64,000 nucleotides of DNA, taken from positions 1 through 64,000 of IMG/VR virus record IMGVR_UViG_3300031867_000001. One strand, written 5' to 3'. The notes beneath the pieces were generated by a model. The model saw nothing but the letters and a program-made list of their open reading frames with translations. It had not been told where the DNA came from and searched no databases. Of this stretch, positions 47,174 through 56,724 are shown piece by piece. Position 1 is the stretch's first letter. Each line of letters begins with the position of its first letter. The DNA is from a virus. Its lineage: Duplodnaviria; Caudoviricetes. The translations under genes were made by a program, and so were the position numbers.

Positions 47174-48382
47174 ATGTCTGAAATTTCTAAAATAAATATT
47201 CCAGATCAATCAAGTCAAACTGGTACAGCAACCTATGATATTAAAGATTCAAATGCTCGAACAAGAATCGTTGACTCTGGTACGAAAAATAAATTAATGA
47301 TATCCGAAAGTATCTTAATCAACTATCCAAGCGGTAGAACGGTGAATGGAGTTACGTTCACTATCAATTCGGATGACCAAACAATTAGTGTTACTGGACA
47401 AATTACTGATAACACACAAGATGCAACTTTTACATTTGGAACGTGTGATACTGTATTGGGTGATTTGTTGTATGAAGGGTTTGAAACTGCTAATTCATTG
47501 GCGTACATTGAAACCACCACTGGCAATACAAAGTTGAATGTAAATCCAGTTGAACCGATTTCATCAAGTGATATTGGAACTGGTAAGCAGTTCAGAATCG
47601 TAATCGATAAAGGATATGTTGGTGAAATTGATCTTACATTCAAGCCGATGGTTTGTTCATCTGAAGATTTTGAAGTAAGTGACGAATATGTTCCATATGC
47701 AAAATCCAATTATGAATTAACAAAGAACTGTGGTGAGAGAGTTTTCGGCAAAACATTCTCAGATAACACAATCGGTGGAAGATATGCTGAGATATTTAAT
47801 GATTATTCTACCAATAAAGCGTCTGGTACTTGGTCTCATGCCGAAGGATCTGGTACAACAGCGTCTGGTTCGATGTCACATGCTGAAGGAGTTCGTACAA
47901 GAGCATCTGGTTACTATTCTCATGCTGAAGGATCGTGGACAACAGCGTCTGGTGACTGGTCTCATGCCGAAGGATATTATACAAGAGCATCTGGTGACGA
48001 GTCCCATACCGAAGGATCGCGGACAACAGCGTCTGGTCAATGTTCTCATGCTGAAGGATATTATACAACTGCGTCTGGTCCATGTTCACATGCTGAAGGA
48101 AATAGTACAACAGCATCTGGTGACGAGTCCCATGCTGAAGGAAATGGTACAACAGCTGCATCACGATATCAGCATGTCCAAGGAAAATATAATGTTGCAG
48201 ATTCATCAAGCACATATGCCTTCATAATTGGTAATGGTACCTCATCCAGTGCCCGCCACAACGCTTTTGCTATTGATTGGAATGGCTTGATTTACGTAAA
48301 CGGCGCAACAACCGGTGTAGATGTAGCTGCCTTAGCAGCTACAATCGGAGATATTAATACAGTATTGGAGAGTGTTTTATAA
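47174..48382 (+). CDS. tail fibre/adhesin-like protein with 14-aa SHAEG repeats
   Basis: About 8 tandem ASGxxSHAEGxxTx repeats (YadA/Hep-Hag-like beta roll) and IIGNG...NAF motif. Confidence 0.75.
   Translation: MSEISKINIPDQSSQTGTATYDIKDSNARTRIVDSGTKNKLMISESILINYPSGRTVNGVTFTINSDDQTISVTGQITDNTQDATFTFGTCDTVLGDLLYEGFETANSLAYIETTTGNTKLNVNPVEPISSSDIGTGKQFRIVIDKGYVGEIDLTFKPMVCSSEDFEVSDEYVPYAKSNYELTKNCGERVFGKTFSDNTIGGRYAEIFNDYSTNKASGTWSHAEGSGTTASGSMSHAEGVRTRASGYYSHAEGSWTTASGDWSHAEGYYTRASGDESHTEGSRTTASGQCSHAEGYYTTASGPCSHAEGNSTTASGDESHAEGNGTTAASRYQHVQGKYNVADSSSTYAFIIGNGTSSSARHNAFAIDWNGLIYVNGATTGVDVAALAATIGDINTVLESVL
47818..48160 (+). repeat. 42-bp coding tandem repeat
   Basis: GC(G/A)TCTGGT...CATGCTGAAGGA repeated about 8 times. 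Confidence 0.85.
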
Positions 48383-48544
48383 TGGTAGAAATTATGCTGG
48401 ACCATTCAATTTGATTCTAAACTCGGCCGATAGTTATTATAGATCCTATGGTGCACGTATAACTTACGTTCCACAAACAAAGCGTTCATAATAAATATTG
48501 TATACATGGGGGCATTTGCCCCCAATGTATATATTTTTTATTAT

Positions 48545-49324
48545 TTATTCTGAAGATGATGGTAAGTATATCTTTGCTCGAATATTACTAATTTGAAAAT
48601 TACTCACTTTGGCATAGACACTATAGGTTCTATAACTACGAGATCCACACACAGAAACTATATTGCTATTGATCCCAACATCAAACGCATAATGCTGTTG
48701 GATTGCCGTAGTATTGTTATATGGTCCACTCTCGCTAAAAATACTCCTACCAAAAACGCTGCAGGAAAAAGATGCGGATGTCCCATACGAGCCATACAGC
48801 TGTATACCATCGGCTGGACAGTATACATCAAATTCTAACGACAATACAGGTTTATTTGTCGAACCAGTTATAGTTGAAAAATAGGATGCCATTTGTGAAT
48901 TTAGTATATGCTTACCGGTAATACCGAGAAAATCTTGGACGTATGCTGATACATCCAAAGAACTTTTGTAACTATAACTCGGACTACTGTAAGATGCACT
49001 GGAATATTTCGTTGCTGAAAAACTGAAAGTGATGGAATTCGGCGTTAATGTACCGGAGCCAACGTTATATGTATTTGAGTATGTTTTACCACCTGAATAA
49101 TATGAAAATGTTTCATTGATATCAAAACTCGTATCAGTATCACACAAAACAACTGGCCATTCTGTTACCACACTACCACTCGGAATTGTTAATATATCAT
49201 TTGCAAATTCTTCCAATCCATGTGATTCTTCAACCCCCCCACCCATTTGTATAATGGCATTCTTGATATCTGTCTTTGCGGTAATTAATCTTTGAAGATT
49301 ATCCGCGATTGTATTATTAGGCAT
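48545..49324 (-). CDS. putative tail-associated protein
   Basis: IADNLQRLITAKTDIKNAI..GG N-terminus, a pattern seen in phage fibre accessory proteins; S/Y-rich. Confidence 0.6.
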   Translation of the reverse strand: MPNNTIADNLQRLITAKTDIKNAIIQMGGGVEESHGLEEFANDILTIPSGSVVTEWPVVLCDTDTSFDINETFSYYSGGKTYSNTYNVGSGTLTPNSITFSFSATKYSSASYSSPSYSYKSSLDVSAYVQDFLGITGKHILNSQMASYFSTITGSTNKPVLSLEFDVYCPADGIQLYGSYGTSASFSCSVFGRSIFSESGPYNNTTAIQQHYAFDVGINSNIVSVCGSRSYRTYSVYAKVSNFQISNIRAKIYLPSSSE

Positions 49325-49425
49325 ACACATCATCCTTTCGTGTATAGAAATTTTTACATGACCGTTTATATAATATTTTTGACCAAATATACTATTAAAT
49401 ACAAAAATGCACATTTAGTATACAT

Positions 49426-49516
49426 CCGGACGTGGCAGAGTGGTTTAATGCAGATGTCTTGAAAACATCCGTACGTGATGAGCGTACCAGAGGTTCGAAA
49501 CCTCTCGTCCGGGCCA
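49426..49516 (+). tRNA. tRNA-Ser(TGA)
   Basis: CCGGACG/CGTCCGG; GATGT-CTTGAAA-ACATC; long variable arm; GCCA end. Confidence 0.9.
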
Positions 49517-49613
49517 TAGGCTCCAAACACATTTCTTTTTCCCAAAGGGTTTATCAAGTGGGAGGTTCTTCATCTCATTCTCCTTCCACTTGATATACCG
49601 ACCTTCTTTACAT

Positions 49614-49700
49614 GCATCCGTGGCAGAATTGGCATATGCAATGGACTTAAAATCCATCGCCCTATTGGGATTGAGGGTTCAACTCCCTTCGGATGCACCA
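49614..49700 (+). tRNA. tRNA-Leu(TAA)
   Basis: ATGGA-CTTAAAA-TCCAT; long variable arm; ACCA end. Confidence 0.92.
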
Positions 49701-49701
49701 T

Positions 49702-50200
49702 AGGAGAGTTCTTCAAAGAGTTCAGCATACTCCTCAGAGGAAACCTCTCTGCAATAATCACTTTCCCTAATGCTTCGTATGGTACTGAACGACTCCACAT
49801 TGTTCCAGCAAATGTGGCAGTGACCATACCTAATGGATTCGTAACGCGTAATCATAAAGGATTACATTTCGAATGATCCAAGTATGAATCGGCGCTGGTA
49901 CTGGAATGCCAGACACCAATGTTACTTCGCGACAATTTCTGGACTGAATAAGATCGCAGAGTTGAAAACGCTTGCAGGTAATACAGTCGAAGGGAAGCAT
50001 CTTCCAGATATACATGTATGGAATAGGCGGTTGATCACGCAACATGTTGTCTGGGTGACCTTAGGTGGGGTGACAAGATGCAAACAAAGTCCTGGGCAGT
50101 GGTGATTCGCTGTTGCATTGTGTGACGACATAACCAGATAGAGTCATCGCCCAGGCAAACTATTTATGGTTCGCAAAAGTTCACTCCTTTTGAAAACCTC
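49702..50200 (+). ncRNA. candidate large ornate ncRNA (ROOL/GOLLD-like)
   Basis: About 500 non-coding nt inside a tRNA cluster; many helices (GACTG/CAGTC around a GAAA hairpin, CCTGGGC/GCCCAGG, AGAGG-AAA-CCTCT). Confidence 0.5.
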
Positions 50201-50219
50201 CTTATATCATATTAACATA

Positions 50220-50530
50220 AGAACACAGGCTTGTGTTAATAACTGACCTGATCCACAGGAGATTGATCACCGCGATGCATCATTGATCATCTCTGAGGAT
50301 AATTCACACATAAGCAAACCGCGGAGCTTATGAGCCAATCAACCCGGAACATTGAGGGTCCGAACGTGGAAGGTCATGTGCAATCATCTTGTCAATTGAG
50401 GTACCGATTGTACGGATGTAGTGTCGTAGAGGGGTTGGGCACGCGCACACCTCCAATGGAACCGTTCTGTTATATGAATATACGTTTGGTATATCTCGAA
50501 CAGGACGGGACCTACTGAGGTAAATTGAGA
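50220..50530 (+). ncRNA. second structured ncRNA candidate
   Basis: Nested helices GACCT/AGGTC, TGATCA/TGATCA, ATAAGC/GCTTAT, CCGTTCTGTT/AACAGGACGG; loop-loop CCGCG/CGCGG. Confidence 0.45.
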
Positions 50531-50533
50531 TAT

Positions 50534-50610
50534 GGTCCAGTAGCACAAGTGGTAAATGCTCGTATCTCATAAATACAAGACAGAGGGTTCAAACCCCTCC
50601 TGGACCACCA
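50534..50610 (+). tRNA. tRNA-Met/Ile2(CAT)
   Basis: GGTCCAG/CTGGACC; GTAT-CTCATAA-ATAC; ACCA. Confidence 0.85.
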
Positions 50611-50644
50611 AGGTTATTTGGCATTTGTGCATTTAAATATAGAT

Positions 50645-50721
50645 TGTGGTGTAGCCAAGAGGCTTAAGGCAACGGACTTTGACTCCGTCATTCGAGGTTT
50701 CGAATACCTCCACCACAACCA
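50645..50721 (+). tRNA. tRNA-Gln(TTG)
   Basis: ACGGA-CTTTGAC-TCCGT; CCA. Confidence 0.88.
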
Positions 50722-50854
50722 TCGATCACTGGACATAGTGGTCATCTCTAACTTCCTATGGTATGAATATTTGGTGGGGGCTTATGCCCCCGCCGGTTCA
50801 TACTGTCGGTTTACGATTTTATAATTTTCTCTTAATCAAAAGGAGGGTTATAAA

Positions 50855-51139
50855 ATGATTGTACATACACGCGGTGCTGAATTTACACAAGAAGAAATTC
50901 AAGCATATGTAAAACATTTGAACGAAGAATATCCGAATTGTGAAGTTGTTGAATTAAGTTTACAGGTAGATGAAAACGATCCAACATTTGTAAACATGTC
51001 ATATGAGTTGAAAAATAAACCAACAACAAATGTCGGATTTGATCGTATTCGTCGAATCACGGGCTATTTAGTTACTATGACAAGAGCCAATGATGCAAAG
51101 ACCGAAGAAATACATGACAGAGTAAAGCACAACACGTGA
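50855..51139 (+). CDS. small protein with NrdD (class III RNR) C-terminal glycyl-radical motif
   Basis: FDRIRRITGYLV...NDAKTEEIHDRVKH. Confidence 0.8.
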   Translation: MIVHTRGAEFTQEEIQAYVKHLNEEYPNCEVVELSLQVDENDPTFVNMSYELKNKPTTNVGFDRIRRITGYLVTMTRANDAKTEEIHDRVKHNT

Positions 51140-51194
51140 TAATTTAAATTACAGGCACACAGGTTGGTAAAATTGATATTAGGAGTTGATCCTC

Positions 51195-51974
51195 ATGTAT
51201 GAAATGATGCCAAATGAATGCCTGGAATTTAGAAAAATCAAATCGCTTGATAATAAATATGAGATAAATGAGAATGGAACAATTCTCAGAAATTGTGATA
51301 CAAAATTCAATATTAAAATAAATATTGATAGACACCATTCAAAGGCTGGATATTATGCTGGTTTTATATGTTTTCATGGTAAAATTAAACGTTTAATGAT
51401 GCATAAACTTGTTGCCGAATGTTGGCTTGGTGAAAAACCCGAAGGGATGGAAATCGATCATAAAGATCGTAATAGTTTAAATAATCATTATACAAATCTT
51501 AGATATGTGACTCATAGTGAGCAGATGAAAAACCGAGTATTGTCTGATAAAGTGATTGAACAAGCAAAGTTGAACTGTAAACATTGGGTTGATCAAATAT
51601 CTAAAGAAATCGATATAATAACTCCCGATGGTGAATGGTTAAGCTTTGTATCACATACCGCTTGTTCAAAATATCTCGAGAAAGTATTGAATATTGATTC
51701 AGAAAAAATTAGATCGAATATTTTGAAAAAACGTAAGACTGATTATTTTGGATATAGATTCGTGTATAATGATGAAACAACTGATGTATTATTTATAATA
51801 ACGAATATTAATACGCGAGAGTTGTTTGTAACTGATCAAATTTATATCGCATCTCATTATATTTCTACATTATCACATATTAAATTTGATGACATTTTTA
51901 ATGATATAAAATGTCATAAAGAAACAATAGCATCCACATTCAATATCGTATATTGTGGACATTTAGGGTGGTGA
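51195..51974 (+). CDS. HNH homing endonuclease (NUMOD4-type)
   Basis: YEINENG, MHKLVAECW, IDHKDRNSLNNHYTNLRYVT. Confidence 0.88.
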   Translation: MYEMMPNECLEFRKIKSLDNKYEINENGTILRNCDTKFNIKINIDRHHSKAGYYAGFICFHGKIKRLMMHKLVAECWLGEKPEGMEIDHKDRNSLNNHYTNLRYVTHSEQMKNRVLSDKVIEQAKLNCKHWVDQISKEIDIITPDGEWLSFVSHTACSKYLEKVLNIDSEKIRSNILKKRKTDYFGYRFVYNDETTDVLFIITNINTRELFVTDQIYIASHYISTLSHIKFDDIFNDIKCHKETIASTFNIVYCGHLGW

Positions 51975-52076
51975 ATGATTATGACTGACACTTATTTGGT
52001 CGGAACGATGAATAGATGGAATAATGCAAAAACAGCAGAAGAACATGATCGTGTAAAACACAACATTGTCGAATGA
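51975..52076 (+). pseudogene. second copy of the NrdD C-terminal tail
   Basis: MIMTDT-YLVGTMNRWNNAKTAEEHDRVKHNIVE. Confidence 0.7.
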
Positions 52077-52103
52077 TTATATGATAGAAAGAAGGGTTAA
52101 AAG

Positions 52104-55100
52104 ATGCCAACAACTGATGGAAGAATTTCAAAAATCAAATTGCCCAATGGTAAAGTGTATGATGTTGGTAGTGGCGGTAGTGGCACTGTCGATTCAACAT
52201 GGGTTACTGGATCTACCAATCCGGTTGAATCACAATTGATTCAAAATACAAAACCTGGTTTGATTAACACATCAACACATGGTGAGGCATTTGGTAATAA
52301 TACCACTGGAAATGCTACAGGATCATATTCCCACATTGAAGGAAATGGAACACAAGCAACTGGTGAAAATTCACATGCAGAGGGTATGAGTACAGTTGCA
52401 GGTGGTGCAGAAGGACATGTTGAAGGTTACTTGTCCCATGCAGATGGAGAAGACTCTCATGCAGAAGGTTGGCATGCATATGCCAATGCCAAAGCTTCTC
52501 ATGCACAAAACTATTATACGATTGCTGGATCGGATTATCAAACCGCACTGGGTAAGTATAATGTAGAAGATACCAATGGTACATATGCAGTCATTATTGG
52601 TAATGGTACTGGTGATAATGCTCGGTCAAATGCACTTGCGATTGGTTGGGATGGTAGAATTTATACCGGTAATTCAAACGTTGGTTATACCATCAATGAA
52701 TTAAAAACAATGATTGATTCAAAACCGGATAGGAATGAAAATTGGGGATTCCTGTATAATGACAATTCAACATGGTCGAATGGTCCATGGTATAAGATTG
52801 CAGATACATCCATTACAGCAACACATACGGATACGAATATTGTATTGCGTTTTCAACGTGCTTGGAACCATACTGGAATCTCGTATGGAACGTTGGTTGT
52901 TCATGCACGTACCAATCAAAACGATACGGGTATTTCATCAATCCAAGCAACATGGAGAGATGCCGGTGCAAATCTTCCATATGATCAATGTGTTGTTACA
53001 TACACATCAAATACATCCGGTGGATCGACAATTCAAATTTGGGCAAAGTTGCAAGTTCGTTACGATGCATATTGTTATGAGAAGGAAGTTGATGATTCAC
53101 GTCAATCCATGACTGACAACTGGACATTGTATTCGTATAAGAATACGGATGGTGAAACATCACTTCCAACAACTCAAACGGTTTTACAACCGTCATTTGG
53201 TCAACAAGCACTCAATCAGTTGACATTCTATTATGACAATTTTTCAACAGCAACTTCGTCAAGTCGATATCAAAAAATTACATTTGCAACAGTGAATGTT
53301 GAAGATTCTTCTATGACATCGGATAAAATCATTTACATTCCGAAAGAAAATGGTACATTGGCATTGGTATCCGATGTTGAGGATGCAACTACTGTCAATT
53401 CTGTCAGTGGAACAAATGGATCAGTTCGATTTGATTATGTTGAAAATTCTAAACATAAAATCGGAATTGATGATGGTCTACAATATAATCAAACAACTGG
53501 AACCGCATCCGTTGAAGGTGTATCCCAATTGGTTCTCGGTAATTCAACGCAGAGTGGTACAGCTGGTAATAAAACCGGTTCATTGAAGATTTATAACGCT
53601 GGCGGTAGATGTGGAACCATCGACCACGATTCTAACGTCAAAAATACAATTGTTCATCTTCCGGCGGAGAGTGGTACATTGGCATTACAATCCGAAGTAT
53701 CCACTGTTGATACTGCCGCAAAAGGTTATGCTAATTCAGCAAAAGCGGATGCGAAAGCATATACCGATTCGGAAATCGGTACATTGGAAGGTGAATATGG
53801 TACAACATGGAATGATAGATCCGATTGGGCGTCCGCACCGTGGTATCCAATCGCAACCCTCGATGTTACCACGACATATACCAATGTAACTCTTGCATTA
53901 CACATTCAACGCGGTAATGGTGCTTCACAAAAGTCCGTCGGAACATTTGTTGTTACGGCGCGTGTTAATGAATCATTTACTAATATTACATCATTCAATA
54001 GTGTGTGGGCAAACGTTGAAGATGGATTACTTTCTGATGATACATACTATAAAGTCAGAGCAACATGTACCAAGTACGATAATAAAGCAAGTTTTGCAGT
54101 GTGGTTAAAACTTTCTACAAGATATGATTCATTCTCATACAGAAAGATTCGTGGTGCTTATCGAAATTCAACGAGTGACAATGGATTTGATCCAGATTGT
54201 TGGGTAATAAATTCTTGGAAAAATGTAAATGGTTATTCATTATATCATACCGGTGATGATGTCATCCAATGTGTTCCGTCATTTGGTGACACTGCTAAAT
54301 CATCTTTGTCGTTCATGTATAACGATACATCAAGTTATGAACAAGGAACTGCTTCAAATCCAGTATATATCAATCACGGTTCGGTTAAATTGTCAACAGA
54401 TGATGTTAGTGGAACGCATACAGATTATACAATCAAACTTCCGAAAAAGAATGGTACAATTGCATTATTAAGTGATATACCAACAATTCCACCAATTCCA
54501 ACGGATTATGTTCCATTGGGTGGTACCGCAAGCAATTCTCCTGTAACTGGTAAGATTGAATTTACGGGTAATGCATCCTATCTGTTGTTTGATACGAACA
54601 ACACGGGTATTCGATTTGTTGATTCTTCCGATGATCAATTTTCTGGTGTGGCTTGGAATGGTGCTAACTTCTGGGTTGGTGCACGTGCTGGATCACAACC
54701 AACACATGCCGGTAAAACGTATATCTCCACAGGTTGGGATACAACGAATAATGAGGGTTATAATACAATTGCGATTTCCATTCCACGTTCAAAAGACGGT
54801 TCAACGAGTGCGGTTTCACGTTATGTAATCCATACTGGTGATAATACATTTAATGCAGAAGATACACTTGATGAGAATAAAGAAATTAAGTTGAACAACA
54901 GCAGTTATTCACGAGACATTCGATTCCGTGCAACTAACAGTCATGCTGATTTGTGGTTTGGTGCATTTGGATCATCAAATGATGGTGGTGGTATTTATAA
55001 CATCGCTGGTGGTGGCTTTGTACTGAAATCTTCAACGGCATCTGGTTCATTGGTGAATACGTTCTATGGTAATGCAAGCTCTGCAACTGCAATTGCGATG

Positions 55101-56069
55101 AATCAGATGCAATCAACATCTAAAGCGACTCGATATTTGACTCTAACACCAAACTTATCTGGAGATGCTACTAATCAATATGCAAGTAACGGTTTGTGGA
55201 CTGAATCAACATACGGTTCCACATCTGCTGTTGGTTACACATATCTTCACCTCGGTAACACCACGGCTAATGGCACTGCTGGAAACAATCGCGGTTTCTT
55301 GTATTTACATGGTCCTGGTGCTAACTATGCAACGTTACAATATGATGGAACATCCAATATAGGATTGTCTCTACCAGAATCCGGAGGAACACTTGCATTG
55401 AAGAGTGAAATTAAAATCACAAACTCTACTGTTTCGACGAGTGGTAGTGGTAATGCAATTACTTCACTTTCAATCTCAAGTGGACAGATTGTTGCAACCA
55501 AGGGTTCAACGTTTATGGCCGCCTCGGGTAATACATCTATGTCAAATACTTTTGAACCACAATCGAACTATGGTGCAAACCTCGGTAGTTCCAGTTATAG
55601 ATTCAACAATCTATATGTCAGATATATCAACGGTGATGCACCAACATCATCTGTTACATCTGGATCAACTGCATTGGTTACGAGTGGTGGTGTTTACAGT
55701 TTCTTGGAACCAACAGTTGTTACCCCCACAAAAGCAGCCGGTTGTACTGGTAGCTTGAAACATTTGATTTATTATTATCCCGCATTGAATTTGGTAGTTG
55801 GTAGAATACATGCGAGCATTCAGGCGTTAAGTGCTAATAAAAATACAGCAATTTTCAACTTACCATCGACATACAAACCAAATTCAAACAGCACTCCAGT
55901 ATACATTTCACATAATAAAGGATCCACGGGTCTTAGAGGATGGATCTCTTCAAATGCATCATCAGGATATGTTGCAATGTCTGTTAATACACAAACTGCA
56001 CTTGCTACTGGTGATATTGACGTTGCATTCTCATATGTTCCAAATACTGCATTGTCTGTTATATCTTAA
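52104..56069 (+). CDS. long tail fibre protein, 1321 aa
   Basis: SHAEG repeats; duplicated ~150-aa WYxIA module; four (L/I)PxxxGT(L/I)AL hinges; G/S/T/N-rich. Confidence 0.75.
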   Translation: MPTTDGRISKIKLPNGKVYDVGSGGSGTVDSTWVTGSTNPVESQLIQNTKPGLINTSTHGEAFGNNTTGNATGSYSHIEGNGTQATGENSHAEGMSTVAGGAEGHVEGYLSHADGEDSHAEGWHAYANAKASHAQNYYTIAGSDYQTALGKYNVEDTNGTYAVIIGNGTGDNARSNALAIGWDGRIYTGNSNVGYTINELKTMIDSKPDRNENWGFLYNDNSTWSNGPWYKIADTSITATHTDTNIVLRFQRAWNHTGISYGTLVVHARTNQNDTGISSIQATWRDAGANLPYDQCVVTYTSNTSGGSTIQIWAKLQVRYDAYCYEKEVDDSRQSMTDNWTLYSYKNTDGETSLPTTQTVLQPSFGQQALNQLTFYYDNFSTATSSSRYQKITFATVNVEDSSMTSDKIIYIPKENGTLALVSDVEDATTVNSVSGTNGSVRFDYVENSKHKIGIDDGLQYNQTTGTASVEGVSQLVLGNSTQSGTAGNKTGSLKIYNAGGRCGTIDHDSNVKNTIVHLPAESGTLALQSEVSTVDTAAKGYANSAKADAKAYTDSEIGTLEGEYGTTWNDRSDWASAPWYPIATLDVTTTYTNVTLALHIQRGNGASQKSVGTFVVTARVNESFTNITSFNSVWANVEDGLLSDDTYYKVRATCTKYDNKASFAVWLKLSTRYDSFSYRKIRGAYRNSTSDNGFDPDCWVINSWKNVNGYSLYHTGDDVIQCVPSFGDTAKSSLSFMYNDTSSYEQGTASNPVYINHGSVKLSTDDVSGTHTDYTIKLPKKNGTIALLSDIPTIPPIPTDYVPLGGTASNSPVTGKIEFTGNASYLLFDTNNTGIRFVDSSDDQFSGVAWNGANFWVGARAGSQPTHAGKTYISTGWDTTNNEGYNTIAISIPRSKDGSTSAVSRYVIHTGDNTFNAEDTLDENKEIKLNNSSYSRDIRFRATNSHADLWFGAFGSSNDGGGIYNIAGGGFVLKSSTASGSLVNTFYGNASSATAIAMNQMQSTSKATRYLTLTPNLSGDATNQYASNGLWTESTYGSTSAVGYTYLHLGNTTANGTAGNNRGFLYLHGPGANYATLQYDGTSNIGLSLPESGGTLALKSEIKITNSTVSTSGSGNAITSLSISSGQIVATKGSTFMAASGNTSMSNTFEPQSNYGANLGSSSYRFNNLYVRYINGDAPTSSVTSGSTALVTSGGVYSFLEPTVVTPTKAAGCTGSLKHLIYYYPALNLVVGRIHASIQALSANKNTAIFNLPSTYKPNSNSTPVYISHNKGSTGLRGWISSNASSGYVAMSVNTQTALATGDIDVAFSYVPNTALSVIS

Positions 56070-56165
56070 TAATGATAAGCCCCCATTGTGGGGGCTTATT
56101 GTTTAATACTCATGAGTTTCACGTAAAATTAACTACCGAGTTCACAAGTGAGGTGATACATTACA

Positions 56166-56711
56166 ATGGCAAATATTTCCAAAGCCAAAGAAATATACAA
56201 ATCAACTCCGGGTAAGATTAATCCCAATAAACCATTTGTTCCGATACGTGGTTTATATGTGGCTGGATTATACCGTCCACCATACTGGATTGATTCGGTT
56301 TTGAATGTTGTTAAATTGGCAACAACATCTGCTGCAGATGTTGCATATTATACCGAAGCAGATACCGAAACACATGCTTCGACAATGAATATGATTCAAT
56401 TTGATGTTGATTTATCATATATGGATGTCACACGATATTCAACCGCCAGTGGTGATATTCATACAAAGAATGCATGCATGAATATGATTCAATTTGAAAT
56501 CGATATGTCGGATTTACAAGTCGTTCGATATTATACTGATGAATCTTCGACATATCCCGAAAAGACATGTATGAAGATGATTCAATTTGAAATCGATATG
56601 AACGCAACAGATATCGTTCATATATCACAAAGATTAAATACACAACCACCGGGCTTACCCCAGTTGAATGTGAAACAAATTGGAATCACAACATCTGCAG
56701 TTATTTCATAA
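56166..56711 (+). CDS. putative tail-associated protein, pair 1 small subunit
   Basis: Three MNMIQF-type internal repeats; paralog of 60017-60556. Confidence 0.7.
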   Translation: MANISKAKEIYKSTPGKINPNKPFVPIRGLYVAGLYRPPYWIDSVLNVVKLATTSAADVAYYTEADTETHASTMNMIQFDVDLSYMDVTRYSTASGDIHTKNACMNMIQFEIDMSDLQVVRYYTDESSTYPEKTCMKMIQFEIDMNATDIVHISQRLNTQPPGLPQLNVKQIGITTSAVIS

Positions 56712-56724
56712 TAAAGAAAGATAG

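Noticed and set aside
49918-49932. GTTACTTCG as an eighth Y-RNA copy
   Set aside because: Lacks the GATGCAG and ATTCTC strands and the terminal stem.
51156-51991. Group I or II intron carrying the HNH gene
   Set aside because: No terminal G, no GUGYG start, and too little non-coding sequence for a catalytic core.
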